From contig JAUZTB010000017.1 in assembly GCA_034780895.1 (NCBI GenBank), positions 22,301,590-22,365,589 on the forward strand: a DNA stretch of 64,000 bases, written 5' to 3'. The notes under the pieces were generated by a model. That model saw only the letters and a program-made list of their open reading frames with translations, was not told the origin of the DNA and searched no databases. This document shows, piece by piece, positions 36,846 to 50,916 of this stretch. A program made the translations under genes and the position numbers. How positions within the stretch are numbered: the stretch's first letter is position 1; each line of letters starts with the position of its first letter. The DNA comes from Rhynchobatus australiae (Eukaryota).

Positions 36846-39800
36846 CTTCAGTGGAGAGAAAAAGCAAGAACACAGTGTGGTCCTATGTAATTGATTCTAT
36901 TCCATGACATTTATTGAGTGAAGCTCTGTCCAGTTTATTTTGGTAAGGACAGAAACATGCATTGCATGACCAGTGATGTCATTAGGTTGGCAAACTAATG
37001 TGTATGCAAAGGAAACTAACATGATTTCACTCCAAAATGATTATTAGCTCAATCTAATTTGGATGAAAATCAATATTGCATTGTGCAGTGCTTAAAAAAA
37101 ATGCAATGCAATCTAATTTCTGGGCTTAAGTGCTGCACTCCCAGAAATATGTTGCCAATTTATTTTCATGTGACCCAGGTACTGGAACTCCAAAGTTTTA
37201 ATGGAAGAGCTAATTATAATTAGCGTCAATCAAACTTTAGAGTGTATCTACAATTTAAGCACGTATAATGTAGATCTATTAACTCTGTGGTTTCATACAT
37301 AATTACGTAACGTAACCTTTTCTAACCTTATACTCTTTGCTAATGGAAAATAAATTTGGTGTCAAACTTGAGAAATAAAAATCCTTAAAATACATGTGGC
37401 CCCTAAGAGTAGGTTACCATTTGGAATTTTCAGGCTTCAAGTTCAACAAACAATCATTACACAAAGAGGAGGATGTTCAACTGTGCTGTGGCATTATCTT
37501 TTTGATAGTCTTACAATACTAATTGGCAAGTTCTGCTTTTGGAAAACTATCCCATCCTTCCTCTACTTGCGATTTCAGGACCAGGGGTATCATCATGGAA
37601 TTTTTGATCATCCTTTTGAGGGAAGTCCACTGCTATTGTCAGATTGAAATGCCAGTCACTTTTATTTAAATTCTTTATTATAGGAGCCCCACACTGCCAA
37701 GTCTTTAAAAAGAAAAGATGTAATGAATGGTGCTACTTGGTTTGAAATGCTCTGTATTATGATGTAACAGCTGCCTTGGACTATTGGTCTGGTGAACTGT
37801 TCTCGTCTTGAAAACACCAAGGTTCTAGAAAACTTGCATACCTACTTGTATTTGTACTGTTAGTTATACTGTTAAACATCTGGCCAACCACACGACCACA
37901 ATACTGAGACTTCACCATACACCAGTTCTTGAACCAGCCCTTTATAACTTAAATATAATCAATCTGCCTGTGACTAAATTGTGAAAATTCAGTGCACTTG
38001 CTACTCAATCTAAAAGCTTTTCAACCTTGGAGATGGCGCTCATTAGTGATATAAAAATTTAATGAAATTCAGCATTTCAACCAAGGACCATAATGTATAT
38101 GTCCTTGGTCATTCTCTTGAAACATCCTAATGGCTCTTGTTAAGTCACTATCATCCTACAGAGTCAAATTCTTAACCATGAAGTTGGGTTCAACCTTGCA
38201 CTCTGCTATTTAGTTGTAGAATTTTGTGCTCTGTTTGAATTTTTCTCCGGACAAATTAGTGGATAACAACTGCATGTTATTATACATCTGGTATCAGACA
38301 CATATCACTCTGTCTTCTTCTTATCATTATTTGTCCTCTTTGAGATGTTGTTTTGGTCAGACTTTCCAGGTGACTTTGATGTTTCTTACCTACTTGTTGG
38401 TTTGAACTTTGGAAAGTACATGTTCCAATAAGTCACCATATCATCTCCAAACCCACAGATGATAAACTGACATTTGCCAGGTACTTTGTAAATAAGCATT
38501 TCTTAACAGTCCCTCTTAAATTTTCACCCATGGACTCTTTATAATTTCTGCATAACAAATATGTTTGTGCATAATTACATGCCATGTTGGATCATGCTAA
38601 CTACATAAACCATTTGGTGGTCTATCTGCTTTAAACATTGATACTTACCATGCTCAGGATAGCTTCATGCTCTAGGATAGNNNNNNNNNNNNNNNNNNNN
38701 NNNNNNNNNNNNNNNNNNNNNNNNNNNNNNNNNNNNNNNNNNNNNNNNNNNNNNNNNNNNNNNNNNNNNNNNNNNNNNNNACATGGTCTTCTTAGGTGCA
38801 CTTTCACTGATTAACATCGATTCAGATTATTGTTTAATTTTTTTAATCAAAGTAAAATAAATTAGAATTATGTATCTTGCTTGTTCAAAATATTGCATTA
38901 TTTATGGAAATGGAAAACAACTCACTGTTAATTTCCTACAACTATTCATTAATCACATACAAAATTGTGGTCTATGTATTTCTACACAGCAAGTTATCCT
39001 CTTGGGGGAAAAAAAAATCTTTTGAACAGCTAGTTAGACTGATCATTGTGCAAAACCAAAACTATACATAGAATTTGTGGCTTTACATGAAGACAAATAT
39101 AAATGTATGATGTTAATAACTGAATATACACCCACAGTGGGTATCTAACAGGGTCTGTGACTGAAAAGTTGCCCAAATTGTCAATATGCTTTTCATTAGT
39201 TTTTAAATGGGGCAGATCTTCTTCTGTTCATGAGATTGTCATCCACATGTCCTTGAACCATTATGTCTTTCCATCACACTCCTGGACACAGCCTTCCACT
39301 GGGAAGCTGGGACTTAGTTCATGGGCAGGGCCCAGCACAGTGTAAGATCTCCCCTGGCAGATGTGGCAATCTACACTGGAAGAGTGATTTTGACAGCTGG
39401 TGAGGTCCATTTCCCACCAAACCCCACCCCCCCAAAACTTACTTTCCACTTGAGCTCACCAGCTGCCTTTGACATTCATGAGCATTCAAAAACATCCAGG
39501 ATATATACAAAAATTACCACATTAAAATGCTAAAAACAATTAAATACATTTAAAATAACTGAAAGTGTCACAATGTTGAGCAAAGAGCAAGCTCACAGAG
39601 AACCCAAATGCAGCACACTGGTACAAGACTGGAGTNNNNNNNNNNNNNNNNNNNNNNNNNNNNNNNNNNNNNNNNNNNNNNNNNNNNNNNNNNNNNNNNN
39701 NNNNNNNNNNNNNNNNNNNNNNNNNNNNNNNNNNNAGGTACTTATGCTAGGCCCCTGATGGGGCTCAGGTGTGTGTCATTATGCAAATAGTCCAGCATGG

Positions 39801-42800
39801 AATCCATGTGCTGTACAACAAGGCATTAAAGGAGCCAAATTGAGGGCCAGAACCATGACAGAAAGAAATAAACCAAACGGTCTACTTATCATTTTCCCAG
39901 CAGTGATACCATTGGGACAATGGGACCATTGTGCATGTTCAGCCTAGCTCAGATTGAATGAGAGCTGGGAAGATTGAGGAAGTTCAAGCTGCCCAGTTGG
40001 ATTCCATTGGTGCAGCACACATGCAATTGGTAGTATATTAAATAAAGCAGAAAATGGAGTGACAGCACTGAACTTAGAACTTTGAAATGATGTGCATAGC
40101 TACACATCACATTGTGGCAGAAGCACTGGGACCCAGGTGAAGATGGCCTGAAACTATTTAAATTCTGGTCACTAGTAAAAGTGTGACATAGCAATAGCAC
40201 AAAATAAATACCGGGCCAGATTCTGCAGGACCTGGCCTGTTGACTAGACTCATCTTTTATGGTGCCTGTCCGAATGGACTTTGTTTTTTTTGGGTGTAGA
40301 GGGCTGAACAAGTTGATCCTCCATAACCCTCAAGTACTTGGTGAGGTGGAACAGGCTGTCAAAGCCTTTTGAACAGTTTTTTAGTAACCTTGGTATTTGG
40401 GAATGTTTTAAAACTATTCCGATAGACTTAAATAATTACATAAAATAAAGGTACTTAAAAAATTAGGAAGCATAAATGTATTTAAAAGTGCCTTGAACTA
40501 CTAATAAAAAAATAAAGTTAAATGAAGCAAGCACTTAGGTTCTTCCATGGAGTCGGGCACTCAATTAAATAGAGATGTCCTTTTTATACCAGCCTTCCCT
40601 GACAGAAAGCAGAGCTGTTGGTTGTAAAATGCACCTGGCTTCTCTCCCTGGCACTTCAGTGTTCCACTGGAGAAGATGGAGGTCAGATGCACTGGCATCC
40701 GATCTTCCCCTCATCTCAGATTTCCATATTTCATCGCCAGCACGTCAGAACCTGAGGTGCAAACAGCTGACCGGCAGTAGTTCAGTCAGGAACTATCGGA
40801 TGGCAATCCCTTCACTATGGCCCCATTAGTGCGTCTCACTTCCCAAAATGTCTTGAGAATGTCCAGAGCCAGCTAGGTTTCCATTAATTTCAGCGAACAA
40901 AGCTCTATTTTTATGACTTGTGGCTTGAAATAATTGCCCTTGGTTTCATGTTGCAAAACAAAAGAAAAAAAACGGCAATTAGCCCTGTTGATATGCTTAC
41001 TGTACTGGAATCCAACGAAACAACATAATTGAAAAAGATGGTTGTTCTGCTTTATTGTGCTCATGCACAAACTCCCTGTAGAATATATATACATTGCAAT
41101 AATTACAGCACATATTGACATACTGCTTTGACTTTATCATCAACACAGATACTTAACAGAAGCAAGGGGTGGGGGGTTGAATCACTCTGTACCCACACCC
41201 ACATGCCTTCTAGTATTGTTACACAGCAGTATAGGCAGAAACACTGGCAGTAGCAGACTTGGTGTTTAGATAAGTAGGTTTGGTCTGTCATAATTCTTAC
41301 TTGGCAATGTGATGATGTCTGGTTAACATAAGAATATTCTGATGAATAAACAGATCATGATTCCAAAGCCACGCAGCATGTGTTTAATTTAACGATTGTC
41401 AAAATCAGCAAAAGCCACTGGGCATTATTGCCAGAATCAGAAGAATGCTGGCAGGAATTGTCACTGCGATCTCCCTAGAGCAACATCCTGAATTGTCACT
41501 TCATGTTACAAATGTCAGGTTTCATCATCCATAGAACTGAATGATAAAATCAAAAAGCTTCCAGCAGCAGTGAGAACACTCTCAGTGATACACTCTATGC
41601 CTGAACGTGAAGGAGACTTTATCAAGCAGCATGGCTCAAGATTAGGCTTACGTGTCTTATTCTCTTAAATGGCATAAGAGACAACCCACTGTTTTTTATG
41701 GCTGAAAACTTGCTTGTTTTGAGGATATATCATTAGCTTAACCTGGGACACCAGTTGCTCCATTTATCAGAAGTAAGTTCCCTGGATTGCTTCTCAGTAT
41801 CCTGAGACAAGAACACTTGTCTCTCATCACCAAAACGGTCTGGAGTGGAGCTCAGGAGCATGGGCAGAACTCAAAATTTGCTGATTTTTGGAGTGACATG
41901 CATGATGCACACATGGACCAGAACCTATATCCTTCTAAGTTGGAATGTTTGTTCTTTTTTTCGATGTGTGTTGACCTTTTACTGCCTGTCAATTGATTTT
42001 CTTTCTCTTGAGCATCAAGTCTCACAAATATCATCCATCAACTATTCATTCCATTTTTTTAACCAAAGAGTATTGCTTGGAAATTGTCATAAGTGATGTA
42101 TTATTGTTGGATGACTATTTAATATGTTAATTTCATATTCTCAGGGTAGTACTTCAGTAGAGGTGTAAAATGATTTAAAGGTCTGTGATAAAGTAGCAGA
42201 GGAACTGCAAAACAATGATTAAATCTTCAATTTCTAGGCTTACTTTTTTCCTAAAGGATATAGGGTCCAGATAATCTGAGTTAAGATCTGGGATGTTTCA
42301 ACACATCACATTTCTCAAGCTGTTTCTTTCTTATGAAATAGTTTAAGCAGCTCTTAACTGTGATAAGCAAAATATTTGCACTTAGGAAATCAGGATCACC
42401 AGAACAAAAGTAGTAAAGAAAAGCACTTGATCTGGCATGAATATCACAAAATAATATGAGCTGCAAGGAACCTGTAGCCTTACTGGTGTACACTCATCAC
42501 CATAAATACTTGCTCAGTGCTTTCTACTACAAGTTGCAGACATTCAGCATCACTACTGGAGGTTCAACCAACCCCTTCAAGGAAGACAATAAGTGAAAGT
42601 ATTAGAACTGTACGTGATAATTTGCTGTATATATAACTTGAAATATCCCAGTGTAGATGATCTATGATATTATAAGCTTCAGTTTCATTAGTATATTAAT
42701 CTTACTTAGAAATATGAAATAGTTAACTGAAATGTATCATATATTATCTGCTCNNNNNNNNNNNNNNNNNNNNNNNNNNNNNNNNNNNNNNNNNNNNNNN

Positions 42801-44949
42801 NNNNNNNNNNNNNNNNNNNNNNNNNNNNNNNNNNNNNNNNNNNNNNNNNNNNNNNNNNNNNNNNNNNNNNNNNNNNNNNNNNNNNNNNNNNNNNNNNNNN
42901 NNNNNNNNNNNNNNNNNNNNNNNNNNNNNNNNNNNNNNNNNNNNNNNNNNNNNNNNNNNNNNNNNNNNNNNNNNNNNNNNNNNNNNNNNNNNNNNNNNNN
43001 NNNNNNNNNNNNNNNNNNNNNNNNNNNNNNNNNNNNNNNNNNNNNNNNNNNNNNNNNNNNNNNNNNNNNNNNNNNNNNNNNNNNNNNNNNNNNNNNNNNN
43101 NNNNNNNNNNNNNNNNNNNNNNNNNNNNNNNNNNNNNNNNNNNNNNNNNATGTCTACCTCCAGGGAAAAAAATGGCAATCGCAAATTAGACCTTTATTTT
43201 GCATTCCGTCAGCTTTTCTTTGCCTTTGAAAATGTCATCCTCTCACAGCTTCTGTGCCTACAGCCTCCTCCCTTCTAAAGTGAAAGCTACTTTTTTGACT
43301 CACTCTTCCCCTCCTAGTCTATGATCAACAACTCCATCTAATGATCCATTTAATTTAAACAATATTTTCATGTCTCTCGCATTCTCTGCTCTCAGTGTAC
43401 TGACCCATCTATTGCCCATAAGTGCCTCTGAATTTATTCTTGTCCTATGACATAAATTGAATTCTTCTGTCCAAGCCTTCTCTCTCCTCAGAAATTGGTT
43501 GTTTTCCCTGATGCTCTTGACCTTTCAACTAACTGCAGTCTTTTAGGAAATAATAGATGCTATCTTTAATGATAAGATTTAGATTAATTTGTCAAGCAAT
43601 TAAAATTTTTGGCTTAAATTAACATTGCCTATATGGTATCTATGGCAACCCTATTAGCTACATTATCTGCATCTGAAATGTTTCCCTTAAATGCTGGATG
43701 CTTCAAGAGCCTGCTTAGGTTCTCCATGTTCCAGCTGTTCACCATGTTTCCATTTATTTTGATCATTTTTGCTCTTACATAGGTCTTTCCTTAAACACAT
43801 GTATTTGTTCTCCTTGTCTATCAATTCTCAATTTATCCAATCTTGTCCTTTCTTTCATGAGGGTATCACTATGCTGATTTCAGTAGTAAAAGGTGTTGCC
43901 TATAATAAAGCATGCACATTCAGAAACATTTGCCAGCTTTAAGCATTGGACTAATTGCCAAGGTGGCTATGAATGTGACAAAATGTACTTGAATAAATGA
44001 ATGTAATTACCAAAATATACAGACGTTGAGTTCTCCAGCTTTTGATCTATGCTATGACTCAACTGAAAATATTTAGTCTGGGAGAATTTTCTGAGTTATG
44101 TAACATATGTAAAGATTATTGCCTTGATTTTGTACAGAAGAACTGTCTGTGAGTTAAGTAAAGAGAATATGAACAGCTGATACCATTCATTATGTTAATC
44201 TTCAACGTACCATTAAACTTAGAGAATGTTGTACTTGGGAACAGGATACCTCTGAGGCTGTGCCAGAAATTATTATGCACAGCATCATGACATTTGAATT
44301 ACATATTTTAAAACCAAAAGTTTCTAGATTTCTACATTCTCAGGAAGCAAGGTTATAATAGTAAAAATTATTTAATATAACACAATCACTGAAGTGGTTG
44401 AATACTGATTTCATGTAATGTTACAAAATTTGTTTCATTACTTTAACTTTTATGATTAGAACTATAAAGCACTTTGCAGCTTAAAATGGTTTCACAATGC
44501 CAGATATAAAAACTGCTCCAATATGTATTTTTTGTAACAAACAACATAGTAATGCAAAATACCGACTTGCAAAATAGTCCCAGCAACAAAATTGTCTGAA
44601 ACTCTTTGATCAAGTCGCAGTCATTTTAACATAAACAAATTGCAGATGATTCATAAAATTTTAATGGACTTTGAAACATGAACAACCTAAACTTTTCTGT
44701 CATGAGCAGAGATCCGTAAAGAATGAGTCTTCTGATGTGGCACAGCCTCCTACTCTGCTTTCCTCTGGTGTGTGATGGACAATAGAATCCAGTGGGAATG
44801 CAAATTGGGAAGATCAACAGGAGGACATTGATCTGATGCCTCTCTCCCAAAACTAACATTAAAATAGTTTGCTCTANNNNNNNNNNNNNNTGGGGAATCT
44901 ACTAACTAAAAATGAGGATAGTACTTCCTATCAGCAAATATGAATATAG

Positions 44950-45270
44950 ATATAAATATATGAATTATGAGCAGAAGTTGACAACCGAGCCCTCAAAGCC
45001 TGCTCCACAGCCTAATAAGATCACAGCTGATCTGAACTCAACTCCATATTCCTGTCTACCTGCAGTAACCTTTCACCCTCTTGCTTAGTAATTATCTATC
45101 TACTCATGTCTTAAAAAAAATTCAAAAACTTTGCTTCCAGGGAGAAATTTCCAAAGACTCATGACCCTCTGAGAGAAAATAAAATCACTACATCTTAGCC
45201 TCCCAAGATCTAGACCTTCCCACAAGAAGAAACATTCCCTCCATACTCCACCCCCACCCAGATCTTACGT
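44950..45270 (-). mobile_element. CR1 LINE 3' UTR fragment
   Basis: gagccctcaaagcctgctccacagcctaataagatcacagctgatctg..gggagaaatttccaaagactcatgaccctctgagagaa. Confidence 0.7.
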
Positions 45271-45289
45271 GTTTCAATCAGTATAATTT

Positions 45290-45492
45290 GAAAACAAGAG
45301 ACTGCGGATGCTGGAAACTGGAGCAAAAAACAAGCTGCTTGAGAAACTCAGCAGCCCAGTCAGCATCTGTGGAGAGAAGTGGACAGTCGACATTTCAGGT
45401 TGGGACCCTTCATTTCGATATGAAGGGTCCTGACCTGAAACGTTGACTGTCCATTTGCCTCCAGGAATGCCACCTGACCAGCTGAGTCCAGG
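45290..45492. mobile_element. Head-to-head inverted dimer of Penelope-terminal-like repeat
   Basis: 45381-45413 and 45420-45452 are reverse complements at 29/33; each strand reads atgaAGGGTC..GAAA(C/T)GT. Confidence 0.75.
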
Positions 45493-47469
45493 GAACAGAT
45501 GGGACAAAGATAATCATCTTTTTCCAAAATTAGACAGAGAGATTCCTTCTCCTGAATAATAGGACTCTATTATTAAGTATTTATTATGAAATACCTCCCT
45601 TATTTATTCTGTTTAATTCTTTCTTTTCCTTTTTTTTCTGAATACAGTGTTGAAGTCTGATTTAATGGCTAGCAGTGATTTCTGGTACCTCACCCTAGTG
45701 ATAGCAGACTACTTAAGCATCAGGCCCAATTTTATCCCCTGTAACCATCCACAGCATATACATGAACTGTAATTAGAACTAGGAATTCTTTCCTTCACCA
45801 CCACAATATGTTCAGGCCAATTGTGAAGTTTGCCTGGATCAGTTTCTCATCACAGATCAAGACTTAAACTCAATGGGTTTGCATTGATGCATTGATTAAT
45901 AGTGAAAAGTTTCCTTTGGATCCACCAGTGGGGACCATTGTTTTGTAAAACAGTATTACTTAGAAAAAAAGATGATTATGAAGACAGAGTAGTGTAAAAA
46001 TAAACCAAAATTGCCAAAGCTACCTTTATAAATACTTGTGCTAGGTCAAAGAATGAGGCAACTGTCATCACTGCATCTTAAGAATCAATTACAGAGATTT
46101 CTGATTAAATTTTTTTATTTTGTGATTTATTTTTGTTAGGACACTAAGTGTTGACATCATCGCTCAGAGAATCAATCTGTGGGAGTCGCAAGCCAAAAAA
46201 TATGTAGGTACTAAAACACTGAAGGAACAGAAAATACTGGAAATACTCAGCAGGTCAGACAGCATGGGTGGAAAGATAAGTAAATCTGCAGAAGTTATTT
46301 ACACTGCTGAGTGTACAATAATCAACTAATGCAGTTTGTTATCTTGTAATTGTGTCTTTTCAACTGTGTGTTTGCAATATATATTGCAACATTCAGAGAA
46401 ATTTCCTCAGGTGCTTAGATGCTGATTAAGGGATAAATTAACATTTCTATGTTCTGGTCATGGATTGCACACAGCAATATTGACAGTTCCAGACAATATA
46501 AGCAGGAAAAGGGTAAAGCTAATTCAATGTTTCAGCTATGCTTGGTGCATGGTATCCCAATTATTCTAAAAATAAACAAAATACTTTGCCAATGAATGAT
46601 TAATTAGATCTCAGGCTACTAAGTTCTTTTTCCTGCCGACTAATAAAGTTGTCTTTATTTTAATACCGTTGAAATATATTGAAAAAGATTATAATGTTCC
46701 TGGATTTTCTGATAATTTTTATGAAAGTATGTAAGAGTTGTGCTTTAAAGTAAATCCCATTTTGGTGCCGTGCCACATTTCTAAGCCCACTAATAAGACA
46801 CATCTGGACAGGATGATGAGCGACTGTTCCCTTCTGTTTTACTTCTTCTGTTCAGTTAATGCTATTGCAAACTACTGTTTAATCTGTGGTTTGCATATCT
46901 GCGATATTCACTTTTTTATTGTTTTTGCTACTTTAATCAAACTGCTGAAAATGTTAATTACAGATACCATTTACATACTGAGACACTAAAGGTACACAAG
47001 ACTAAAAAGGTATTTGATTACAAACTCTTGGTATTTTGTTATCTGACCTACTGAGAAAATGAATGATTTACTTATTTCCTATAAATAAATAAGAAACACC
47101 AATATCAAGTAAAATCAAAAAGTGTAGAAAAATTTTAACAGGAAGACAAATTCATGCTCTGAATTCAACACCTCTTCAAAACGGATAACAAATCTGTCCT
47201 ACGCCCAGCACATGAAGAAAGAGGAAACTTAAAGACAACCAACAGCAACATGACTACAAGGTCTGAGCTGCAAGTGTATTTAATGGCAATAGCTGAAGGA
47301 GGGAATGAGCCTCCATCTTAAAAGTATGTTCAGTGGGTTTTCAATTGCAGTTGTGAATTGAGCCCTTGTAGCCCAATAGTCAGCTTACAACTGGAATAAA
47401 ACTGCGAGGGAGGACTGGAGCAGAATAAAGAATACTGACAGATGCTTAAATAGTGGGCACAGTACAGTT

Positions 47470-47860
47470 GTTTGGTGAGGGATTGCAATTCCTTTCAATT
47501 GATAAATATTTCAGGAAGGAATCAGTGGCCTCTGTAATACACTGGTTGACTGTAAGTTGTAAGAAGTAGATGATATCACCTAATGCTGCTGAAAAGCAGT
47601 TGATGGCATAAAAAGTGAGGATCACAAGTTTCTTCAATGCTGCAGGTAGTGATGTCTGTGTCCTGGTCTGAAGCTGCAGCTGAGACTCAGGCAGGCAGAA
47701 ACTACCTTCTTGATGAAACAGAGCCACCTCACGAATTACTCCTCTTTCAAGTTGAGCTAAGATGTGTTCTTGCTGAAAACTCCCTGTGCCTTTGGCTTCC
47801 TGTGCAGAGTTCTCTTCCTCCTCATCTGGCATCTCCTGCTTCCTCATGCATTTCTTGCTG
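47470..47860 (-). mobile_element. PIF/Harbinger transposase N-terminal fossil
   Basis: LQLQTRTQTSLPAALKKLVILTFYAINCFSAALGDI...CITEATDSF resembles the HARBI1-family ALxFYAxGSFQxxxGD..IxxVTxAL helix-turn-helix region. Confidence 0.65.
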
Positions 47861-50240
47861 TTCCTAATGATTCCCTATTCCCTAACTCATCTGCTTCAGA
47901 CTCCCCGTGTTTTCGGCCAGACAATTTATGAGATAAAGAACCGTAAGCTGAACAATAAGTAATCCATTTTGTCAGCAGAAACAGCAAACTTGCTTCTGCA
48001 GACAATGTAGATTGCAAGTTTATTAAAACTCAACCACACCTGGAAATTAAAGCCAGAAATAGTGAGCAAGAAACTAGCATGCAAAAATGGCATGATTCAC
48101 TTAAATATACTGGGCTTCATGCCAGTAATGTCAAATTGAGTAGTGTGAGGTCAACGCGTGGCAGGCAAAGAACTACACGATGCAACGTATGGCTGCTCGT
48201 CTACCTCGATTATTCCTAACTTCAAAATCTGCCTTATGTGTACCCCTGATCCAGGTGCTACCACTAGTGTGGTGAGCTTTTCGCCTGATATTTTGGATTC
48301 CTTTTAAGCTGTGTGCTTAGGAAAACAGGCACAATGCAGATGAATTCTAATTTAGGCCATACTGCACTGTTGTCAAGGAATAACAACATTTTTACTAATA
48401 ATGCAGTATCGTCCAGTTCTTACATTAGCCAGATCTCCTCTAATAATTGCATCTGACTGCACAACTTTCTCAAGCATCGATTCCTAGATGTCAAATTTCC
48501 CCTCAGATCTTTCCTCTCACCTTTAACCTTCTTGTTTTTGATGTCCCTAAAGATTCTAACTATCTACCCTATCTATGTTTCTCATAATTTTATATACCTC
48601 CATCAGGTCACCCCCCCCCGTCTCCTTGTCTCCTTCCTCTCTTTATTCTCCCACAGTCTCTTCTCTCTATGTCTCTTCCCTNNNNNNNNNNNNNNNNNNN
48701 NNNNNNNNNNNNNNNNNNNNNNNNNNNNNNNNNNNNNNNNNNNNNNNNNNNNNNNNNNNNNNNNNNNNNNNNNNNNNNNNNCAGTCCAAGCCGTAAGGAA
48801 ACACTTCATTTAAATCATTTAGGAAGGTCAACTGGAGAGCCACGACATCTTTCTTTGGAACCTCTAGGATGAGATACATGTGCTTAACTTTCTAGGGTCA
48901 TAAGCAAATTAAATCACTTGCAGTTGCTGTAAAGTCCCTGAGGATTTGTGTCTGAACTGAGGTTTACAAGTGGTAACCTCTCCCCAGAGTACTGTACCAT
49001 GAAAACATCTGGAGAGTTCAAAGTCAGCAGATAGCTGTGATTCTGCTTAATGTTTTGGTAAATATTTGTCTTGAACAAGGATCAGCAAACAAATAATCCT
49101 TCTAATTTTGTAACCAGAATTATACTGTACATATTATCTCTCATTTGGTGCTTCTTAAAATAAATTCATATATAAGCACTGTATCTATTAATTTCTGCTT
49201 ACACTACATGAAGTCAACCATACCAATATTAGAGATTCCTATTAAACCATTTTGGAACCAAGAGTCACCAACATTTACTTTTCCAAGCTTACTCTCAATG
49301 TTTAAGTGGGCTCTAATTCAAATCACTCAGTGCCTAAATGTCCCTATTTTCAATTATACGATGCACAAAGAGTCAACCTGGGTTGTATGTGCTGGATGCT
49401 GTTTACTGAGTCCCTGGCCCCAGAAGAGGAGTTCCAGAGAAGTGATGCCTGCTCGTTTGCATGAAACGAACTACACATGATACTGGTAGAATTCCAAATC
49501 ACCGAGCAATTTCCTGTTCTTTTCAGCACAATTTGTCCTGTCTTATATCTCTATGCTTCTTGTTTAATGTTTTAACAGGTGTCAGTCATTTTGCTGTTAG
49601 GTCTGTGAACGCACTGAGATATCAAAAGTCTTGGCCACTGAACTAAATTTTCATTTCACGGTCACCTGCCTGCCACAAGTTCTGCAGTCCACTGATCGAA
49701 CAATAAGTTTTTTATCAAATCATTCAATGTTTGTGAGATATTAATAGGACAATTAAGTAGATGCACCTTCGCTGCCTCCTTCTTCCACCCCTCCTCCTGT
49801 ACATTGATTGCCAAGTGATGGTAAGGGGTGATCCCTCATGATGGTGAAGCTGTGGAATATCCAGTCTGTAACCACAAGTCTGTATACCGGGTTAGCAGTG
49901 AACTACAAACTTCTTCCAAACCAGTGCTGGTAGCAGCAGCTTGCTTTGCCAATTGTTACATGATGGCATTTACCCCCACAGAAATGCATGTAGGTTTCAA
50001 GATTTCCATACAAATGCAGATGTCCCAGTAATGCTGGCCGATTGCAGCCAACATTTCAATCTGGACGCTGCATGGGTGCCACAGTGGAGAAAAGGTTCAG
50101 TGGAATGTCCGAACACTTAAACTGGGAGATCTCCTCTGGGAACCTGCTCCATATTAGTCTTGACACATAATCCACAAGCCAATTCATTTGAAAGATGAGT
50201 TTAAGTTTTGAGAAAGAATGGTAAGAAGAAAATAAGCTGT

Positions 50241-50916
50241 TGTAGCAGCTAGATACACTGAATAAAGACACGAGACACTGTCTGAGGTGATATGGGCCAG
50301 GACACCAAAACGGGCCACCCAAGTTGACAAAAGGGCTCGTGCGCAGGACTGGGTGGAGGTGTCCGCAAGCAGAATGGCTTCGGGCCAACAGGTGTAATGG
50401 TCGACAATCGTGAGGAGGTACTGCGCTCCTCGGGAGACTGGGAGGGGGCCGACGAGGTCGACATGGATATGGTCGAACCTCCAGCGGGCAGATGGAAAAT
50501 CCTGCAGGGGGACCTTGACATGTTGCTGTACTTTGGAGGTTTGGCAGTGTGTGCAGGATCGGGCCCATCCGGAAACCTGTTTACGCAGGNNNNNNNNNNN
50601 NNNNNNNNNNNNNNNNNNNNNNNNNNNNNNNNNNNNNNNNNNNNNNNNNNNNNNNNNNNNNNNNNNNNNNNNNNNNNNNNNNNNNNNNNGACACGAGACA
50701 CTTGTTTGAAGTCCAAGAGTCGAATGAACAACTGGGGTGCGCTGCCCCTTTAATAAACACAGTTCCTGCGCTGACATCAAGCGTGGGTCACATGACCTTC
50801 CCGCGTGCAGACTCCACTAGGCCAATGAAGAAGGAATGCCCCACGCCATCTTGTGTCGGGGTCTCTGACGACGCTCGCAATCGTCGGAGCCGGTTCGTGA
50901 ACGGTAAGTCGCCACA
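50241..50916 (-). mobile_element. Ty3/Gypsy LTR retrotransposon (LTR, gap, integrase fragment, LTR 3' end)
   Basis: TG..CA termini (tgtagc at 50241, gccaca ending 50916), 4-bp TSD ctgt (50237-50240 / 50917-50920); integrase WARSCTHCQTSKV..RFDHIHVDLVGPLP..YLLTIVD..WVARFGV..ITSD at about 50280-50589. Confidence 0.93.

Noticed and set aside
42732-43229. Long ORFs made of X residues (also at about 4.0 kb and other gaps)
   Set aside because: Artefacts of translating N-runs.
47446-47847. 133-aa ORF as a domesticated HARBI1-like gene
   Set aside because: Only a diverged N-terminal piece; no catalytic domain follows in frame.
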